The notes under the pieces were generated by a model, which did not search any database, was not told where the DNA came from, and saw nothing but the letters and a program-made list of their open reading frames with translations. A stretch of 64,000 nt of DNA. It comes from an uncultured Chloroflexia bacterium. GTDB lineage: Bacteria > Chloroflexota > Chloroflexia > Thermomicrobiales > UBA6265. Positions 58,039 to 64,000 of the stretch are shown in pieces (within the stretch, counting starts at the first letter, position 1; the number at the start of each line of letters is the position of its first letter). Location of the stretch: NCBI GenBank assembly GCA_963777865.1, contig CAVZSG010000002.1, positions 125,863 through 189,862 on the forward strand, read 5' to 3'. Position numbers and translations under genes: made by a program.

Positions 58039-58202
58039 CGATCGATCAGAGCCCATCGTTGCGCCTCCGTATTCCGAGTCTTCCGCTAGTCGGCGCCTTC
58101 GCCGACTGTCCTTATGTCTTCAGTAACGACGCACCTGGCCGTTACTGTCAGGACCAATATTCAGGTGACTACCGTGCCACCAGTCAATCGGACAAGTACT
58201 CC

Positions 58203-59270
58203 TTACCCCGTCGCCGAGGCAGCCGAAACAGTGAGATCAATCAGCCGGGTATTCGGCTCGGAAACACATCCGCACGAGCCGCGCAGATGCAAATAGGTAT
58301 CCAGGTAGTGATGGAAGATTGGCTCATCGGGATGCGAAATTCGGTGAAGCAGTGTTTCAACGGCCGCATGACCAAGATCCGAAATCGGTTGCACCACGGT
58401 TGAAAGCGTCGGAAATGCACGTGCGTGTCGTTCCAGACCGTCGAACCCCATCATCGCGAGGTCTTCTGGTACGCGGATGTTCGATTCACCTAACGCCCGA
58501 AGCGCACCGGCGGCCATCGTGTCGCTACCGGCAAAGACTGCATCCGGTCGTGCGTCGTGATTTTCGAGCAAAGCGCGCATGGCTATGTATCCGCTGACTT
58601 CGGTGAAATCCGCTCGCTCGATCAGATCTGGATTGATTGCCATGCCGGCTTCAGTAAGGGCGATTTCATACCCTTGCAGGCGCTCATTCGCGGCAACGAT
58701 GTTGCACGGGCCAGCAATGTGGGCAATGCGTCGGCGTCCATGTCCGATCAAGTGACGAACTGCCTGCGTAGCTGCCGAAATGTTGTCCACGTCGACAGTG
58801 GTAAGCGATGGGTGCCGACCGATCATCACGGCCGGAACGCCATCCGATGCTACCCGGCCAATGAACGGATCGCCCAGGACCGACGTGGAGAGGATTACGC
58901 CATCCAGATGTCGACCGCGAATGACGCGCTGGAAGATTCGTTCTGAGGAGACCGGATCGTTTTCCGGTTCCATCATCAGCATCAGCCCATAGTCGGCTTC
59001 GTTACAGGCATCGACGACACCCTGGACCAGGCCGGGATAGTAGGGATCGCTAAAAATGAAACTGACCGCCCCCGGAATACGAAGGCCGATCATGCGAGTT
59101 CGTCGGGATGCCAGCGAACGTGCAGCGGCGTGGGGATGGTAATCATGTTCACGGATTACGTCGTTCACCCGGGTCCGCGCGTCATCGGAAACGCGCTTGT
59201 CGCCATTGACGACACGGGACACGGTAGAGCGGGATACACCCGACAAGCGAGCGATTTCTTCGAGATTCAC
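58203..59270 (-). CDS. LacI family transcriptional regulator (CelR/CebR-like)
   Basis: NLEEIARLSGVSRSTVSRVVN, YHPHAAARSLASRRT, VPEDLAMMGFD, LSTVVQP. Confidence 0.93.
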   Translation of the reverse strand: MNLEEIARLSGVSRSTVSRVVNGDKRVSDDARTRVNDVIREHDYHPHAAARSLASRRTRMIGLRIPGAVSFIFSDPYYPGLVQGVVDACNEADYGLMLMMEPENDPVSSERIFQRVIRGRHLDGVILSTSVLGDPFIGRVASDGVPAVMIGRHPSLTTVDVDNISAATQAVRHLIGHGRRRIAHIAGPCNIVAANERLQGYEIALTEAGMAINPDLIERADFTEVSGYIAMRALLENHDARPDAVFAGSDTMAAGALRALGESNIRVPEDLAMMGFDGLERHARAFPTLSTVVQPISDLGHAAVETLLHRISHPDEPIFHHYLDTYLHLRGSCGCVSEPNTRLIDLTVSAASATG

Positions 59271-59288
59271 TTGAACGGCCTCTCCTCT

Positions 59289-59304
59289 GTGAGAGCGCTC
59301 CCAC
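59289..59304. promoter_or_regulatory. CelR/CebR-type LacI operator
   Basis: gTGGGAGCGCTCTCAc on the minus strand, one mismatch from TGGGAGCGCTCCCA, between promoter and RBS. Confidence 0.85.
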
Positions 59305-59317
59305 GGCGATGGCCCTG

Positions 59318-59345
59318 AGTCTAGCAGCCGAATTTCGGATGTCAA
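59318..59345 (-). promoter_or_regulatory. Sigma70-type promoter of the LacI-ABC operon
   Basis: TTGACA-16 nt-TAGACT with an extended -10 TG. Confidence 0.7.
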
Positions 59346-59447
59346 GGTTCGATAATGACTTCTCTTTAGGAAGAATCTGCTCTTTTGGATGCCGATTGGC
59401 TAACGCACGGTTTCATCGAGTCTGACCATATTGCGCGAGACACCCTG

Positions 59448-59972
59448 CTATTTCGCGGTAGTGGGCCGGGAGATCGTGTAGTACATCAGCTCGGATCCGA
59501 ACGTGTGACGCATGCGCTGGTAGATCATTCCGGCCTTCTCCAGCACCCTCTGGGAAGGGATATTTTCGGGGAACACGACGCCTACCAGCTGTTCGACAGG
59601 GAGCGTAGCAAACCCGTGGTCAATCGCGGCTTTGCAGATTTCAGTCGCATACCCGAATCCCCACGCAAATTTGCCAAGGGCATATCCGACCTCAATATCC
59701 GGGCCGTTTTCGAGCGTCTGGACCAGAACTGTGCCGATGAGTTGCCCTGTGTCGCGCACGACAACAGCCCAATTGCCCATGGGTGCATGTTGCTCGTATC
59801 GCACCTGTTCTCTCGAGATTCCACCTAATGCATCATCAACGGAGACGTAGGGCGAATTGACCCCGAGGTACGTCCATACCTCCGGTTCGCGGAAGACGTC
59901 GAACATGCCGTCGGCATCCTCAGGCACAAGTTCCCGAGCAATCAACCGCTCGGTTTCAAAGACTACTGCCAT
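59448..59972 (-). CDS. GNAT acetyltransferase (RimJ/RimL family)
   Basis: FETERL, EVGYAL...WGFGYATE, PENIPSQRVLEKAGM. Confidence 0.92.
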   Translation of the reverse strand: MAVVFETERLIARELVPEDADGMFDVFREPEVWTYLGVNSPYVSVDDALGGISREQVRYEQHAPMGNWAVVVRDTGQLIGTVLVQTLENGPDIEVGYALGKFAWGFGYATEICKAAIDHGFATLPVEQLVGVVFPENIPSQRVLEKAGMIYQRMRHTFGSELMYYTISRPTTAK

Positions 59973-60124
59973 TCGTCCTTCTCCAGTCATGGATTGCCGG
60001 TACTGCCGTACTTGCCGCAATGGGTCTGCAGGTTCCTTAGCAAACAGAGATTCGTCACCGATGATAGCGAAATGTCCCCATTGTTCGTATTACGCGCTAA
60101 CCAATTCACGCCAGGGTAGATACC

Positions 60125-63100
60125 ATGCTAGCCATCCGCAGAGTAGCGGCACTGATCGGTCTTCTTATTGCAGTTTTAGCACTGACCGGATCGGCTTCGG
60201 CTGCAACGTTCAGCACATTTACCACCACAACCCCAACGATAGAGGGTGGGAAGACAATCTCGGTCAGTGTGCGCCTGGCTTCGGGAGCATCATCCGGAGG
60301 GCAACTGGTCTCGTTCAGCAGCAGTAACTCGTACGCAGTCGCGCCTGCCTCCGCAACAATACTGGCTGGCCGGACGTCGGTCACCGCAAAGTTCACAACT
60401 CGCGCCGTTTCCAGGAATACATCGGTCACGCTAACGGCAGAGACTGGCGGCACCAGCAAGGACATCGTAGTCACGCTGACCCCACCCAAGCTGTCGAGTC
60501 TCAGCACTCCAACCAAGCTGGTTGTCGGTGCACAGGGCTCGGCCACCGTACGACTGTCGCTGGCTCCGATCGTGGACACGGTTGTGTCGCTTGAGTCCAG
60601 TGATCCATCGATCGGAACCGCGCCCGAAACCGTAACGATACTGGCAGGCAAGACAAGCGTCGCGTTCAAGGTCACTGCCGGAGTGTCGACTGGAAACGTG
60701 ACCTTCACAGCGTCGTTCAATGGCGTTTCAAAGACCGACGTCACGGCCGTGGCGCTGACGGAACTCTCCAGCGTTTCATCGCCATCCTCGCTTGTCGCAG
60801 GCAAGGTCACCAACGGATCAGTTCGGATAACTGGCGCAGCCTATGGCGAGATAGTCGTTTCACTGTCGTCAAGCAACCCATCCATTGCTGCAGTTCCTGC
60901 CACAGTCACGATTCTCCATGGAAAAACGAGTGCCTACTTTCCAGTCAGTGCCATTGGAGCTACTTCAGGCAATGTGACTATCACCGCGACGCTCAGGACC
61001 GTTTCCAAAAGTGATGTCACGCTGGTCAAACCGGCCTCACTCTATTCAATTGGCATAGTGAGTTCGATGGACGCCAATGATTCAACCACGGCGAAAGTTC
61101 GTCTGAACGGTTTCGCCCCGGCCGGTGGGTTGACCGTTACATTGTCCGCCAGTCCGTCCGGTATCCTGACATTCCCCGCAACGGTCACGGTGCCTCAAGG
61201 CGCCGACTTCGTAAATGTGCCTGTGACCAGTGGTCTCCGTCACTCCGGACAACGGTGACGGTCACGGCATCGGCTGCAGGAGTAAGCAAGACAGACAAAG
61301 TCGTTGTCGCGGCGTCTCTGACGGCACCCACTACTCCAGAGATTCTCCTGGTTGCGGTAGAGCCCGTCATAATGGGAAGCAACACTGACGCGGTTGTTGG
61401 CGTACTCCTCGATCGGCCAGCACCGGTTGGGGGCACCAGCGTGACCTTGCTGAGCAGCAACCTGACCCTCTTCCCGCTCTCGCGCACGTACACGATTCCG
61501 GCGGGGCAGGATATGTTTTTCGTGATTGTTCGAAGCGGCAACATCGGGTCTGCTACGTCCGCCACGATTACCGCATCCAACACCAACGGTTTCGTGCAGA
61601 CTGAGGTAACGCTCAAGTCGTATGCGATTTATCGAACTGAACCTGCCGACTGGCACCTCAGTTGGTCCAAAGTCAGTAAATGGAACCGTGCGATTGACCG
61701 GACCAGCACCAACCGGCGGCGCAACTGTCACTCTCTCCTCCAACAGTGCAAACGTGACAACGCCGGCCTCGGTAACGATCGCTGCGGGATCGACGCAGGC
61801 GACTTTTGCGATGACGATCGGGGCCGTTTCGAGCACAGAAACGGTGACTATCACGGCGCGGGCGCTCGGCCTGAATACAACCGGTCAGTTCAGAATCGGC
61901 CCAGCAGGATTGTCCGGATTTGGCACGGTAACCAATCCAATCGTTGGTGGATTATCTGGAATTGCTGTAATCACAGCTAACACGGCTATCCCCTCCGGCG
62001 GGGTAACGATTGAACTGCAAAGCAGTAATCCAGCGGTACTTCAAGTGCCGGAATCAATCTTCTTCGATAGTGGTCATGGAACTTCCATTACTCCAACATT
62101 CACAACGAGCAACGTAGCCATAGCCACGAATGTGACCTTAACGGCCAGCTTGAACGGATCACAGATTCAAAAGACTATCCAGGTAATGCCAGTTGACCTT
62201 CAATCGATAGCCGTTTCTGGCGAACTGCTTTACGGGCGGACGTATTCCGGAACAGTGAAGCTCACTGGGCCTGCTCCGGCCAATGGTGTCGTAATTCCGC
62301 TGAGCATGGCAGCAAATACTGCCATCTCGATTCCGCAAAGCGTCTCAATACCAGCCGGGGAGACTCAGATCTCATTCCAAGTGACGACGTTAGATTATCG
62401 ACAGTCGATTTCGTCGATCGCTGTCACAGCGAACCTTGGGGCGACGTCCAAATCAATTTCGGTGCGAGTGATACCGGTAGATGTTCTGTCTGTCACCTTT
62501 TCCTCGTCCAGGATGCTCTACGAGCAGGACTACCAAGCAACGATCATATTGACAACTGCGGCCCCTTCCGGTGGGCTACAGGTGAGCTTGGACAGCTCAA
62601 GTCCTGAAGTATTGGCAGTTCCTGTCTCAGTTGACCTCCCGGAAGGGGCGACTCAAGTGACGTTTCCGATCACCACGCTTGCGTATCGGGCTGAGGTCAC
62701 CGTCGTTCAGGTATCCGCTCAGTTGGGATCCGTGACGAAGGCAGTGTCAAAGAGCATTATTCCAGACGGCCCTGGAGACAACGGAAGCTATTCGGATCAA
62801 TGTCATCCGGCGGACATGAAACCGAGCGAATCGAATTGACTGGTCCAGTTCACCCGGGCGGCTTGATCATAAACCTGACTTATGAAGGATTTTTGTACGG
62901 ACCTGCAACTGTATTCGTAGCAGAAGGGGAAACTGAGGCGCTATTTGAGTACGACACCTGGGTTACAAACGTAAGGCGAACCGGACGAGTGACCGCTTCA
63001 GCTAACGGACTTTCCTGGAGCATGCACCGAACGATCACGGCCGATCGAGGCTTGATTACTTTGCCAAGCACTTCGGTAGCTGGCGGGGAGACGCTTTCAG

Positions 63101-63510
63101 TTACCATCACTTACCCGAAAGCGGCAACGGCGGGTGGGCTTTCGGTAACAATCATCAGCTCAAGCCCAGCGGTCATTCCGACTATGAACGTTGTGATTCC
63201 GGAGGGACAGACCAGTATTACGGTCAATATGCCGACCTATGTGGTGACAGCACCAGCCACAGTCACCCTGAAACTGAATGATTACTCGCCGAATACGCCG
63301 AAATCAGTGTCCGTGATGCCGGCGGACGACGGCTTCGGGGGTGCTGAGGATCCGGTGGTTGAACCGACCGCCACACCGGAGCCGACGAGTACGGACGTTC
63401 CGACTGAATCTCCAGCTGCGACTGAGATTCCTGTCGCGACCGAAACACCGGTCGTGATTACTGCAACCGAGATCGTGGTTCCAGAATCGACTGCGACTCC
63501 AGAGCCGTAG
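60125..63510 (+). CDS. Large secreted surface protein with ~11 tandem Ig-like beta-sandwich repeats and a PT-rich tail; frameshifts near 61250, 61620 and 62770
   Basis: Sec signal peptide; recurring ~93-aa unit AP.GG..V.L.SS.P....P.SVTIPAG.T...F.VT across four ORF fragments. Confidence 0.8.
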
Positions 63511-63537
63511 ACGACAAGAGCACCAGACAATCTCCGT

Positions 63538-63567
63538 GAGGTCGCCGTTTCGGCGGCCTCTTTTCTT
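63538..63567 (+). terminator. Rho-independent terminator
   Basis: gaggtcgccg-ttt-cggcggcctc followed by ttttctt. Confidence 0.85.
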
Positions 63568-63602
63568 GCCCTTCGCGTTTCTGGTTGCGTTACCATCCTG
63601 AC

Positions 63603-64000
63603 ATGTGGACACCTGAGAATTCATTTCGAGATGCCGAGCACTCCGTCTACTGGACCAGCCAGCCGCGCCCGGTTCCAGTCCAGTCGCCGTTGGCCGGCAC
63701 GGCACGGCGGACCTGGCCATCATTGGCGGCGGGTTCACCGGTTTCTGGGCGGCAATTGAGGCTAAGACACGCAACCCCGATCGAGAGGTCGTCCTGCTCG
63801 AAATGGAGCAGATTGCATTCGGGGCAACCGGTCGTAACGGCGGATTCCTCGATCCATCGATTACCCACGGTCTGCAGAATGCGCTGGATAGATACGCCGA
63901 AAACGAGATTCCGAAACTGCTCCGGATTGGTGATGAGAACTTCCGGGCAATAGCGGATTTCATCAAACACCATCAAATCGATTGCGATTTTCAGGAGCAG
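63603..64000 (+). CDS. FAD-dependent oxidoreductase (DAO/PuuB-like), truncated at window end; frameshift near 63708
   Basis: ADLAIIGGGFTG..AA, VVLLE, FGATGRNGGF read manually in a frame missing from the ORF track. Confidence 0.85.

Noticed and set aside
4720..63720. Programmed frameshifting or mass pseudogenisation
   Set aside because: Indels hit most long genes at arbitrary sites, with no consistent slippery motif seen and with intact catalytic motifs; sequencing error is the simpler explanation
1..64000. CRISPR arrays, IS elements, prophage, tRNA/rRNA
   Set aside because: I saw no regularly spaced nucleotide repeats, transposase, integrase or phage motifs, or RNA gene signatures; the repeats found are protein-level or single hairpins

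Overview
A ~60% GC bacterial chromosome segment made almost entirely of protein-coding genes. I saw no rRNA, tRNA, CRISPR array, integrase or transposase. The style of the exported proteins (AxA-Q-D/E-ATP motifs, long Tat leaders) suggests Thermomicrobiales/Chloroflexota (inference). Most long genes carry single-base indels that look like long-read assembly errors, so many CDS calls are stitched across frames. Contents, left to right: MscS; APH-like/AAA kinase; a soluble PAS histidine kinase divergent from a REC-degenerate GGDEF(RxxD)-GT2 synthase-ConA-like fusion; GNATs; a rhamnose-type ABC system; LLM oxidoreductase plus LigB-like gene; XRE-STAND-TPR regulator; D-tartrate dehydratase; Ser/Thr kinase; a SelA-like/Rid-like/amidohydrolase operon; Tat arylsulfotransferase; NgcEFG; a hydantoinase A/B plus sugar-ABC plus M20 catabolic locus; VOC dioxygenase/esterase pair; two YihY genes; dienelactone hydrolase; serine hydrolase; a LacI/CelR-box oligosaccharide ABC operon with oxidoreductase and TIM-barrel genes but no glycosidase; an 11-repeat Ig-like surface protein; and a partial FAD oxidoreductase. 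Best candidates for undescribed systems: the phosphorylation- and possibly c-di-GMP-gated glycosyltransferase (2.6-7.2 kb), the glycosidase-free CelR-box operon (50-59.3 kb) and the Rid-like operon (23.6-26.5 kb).
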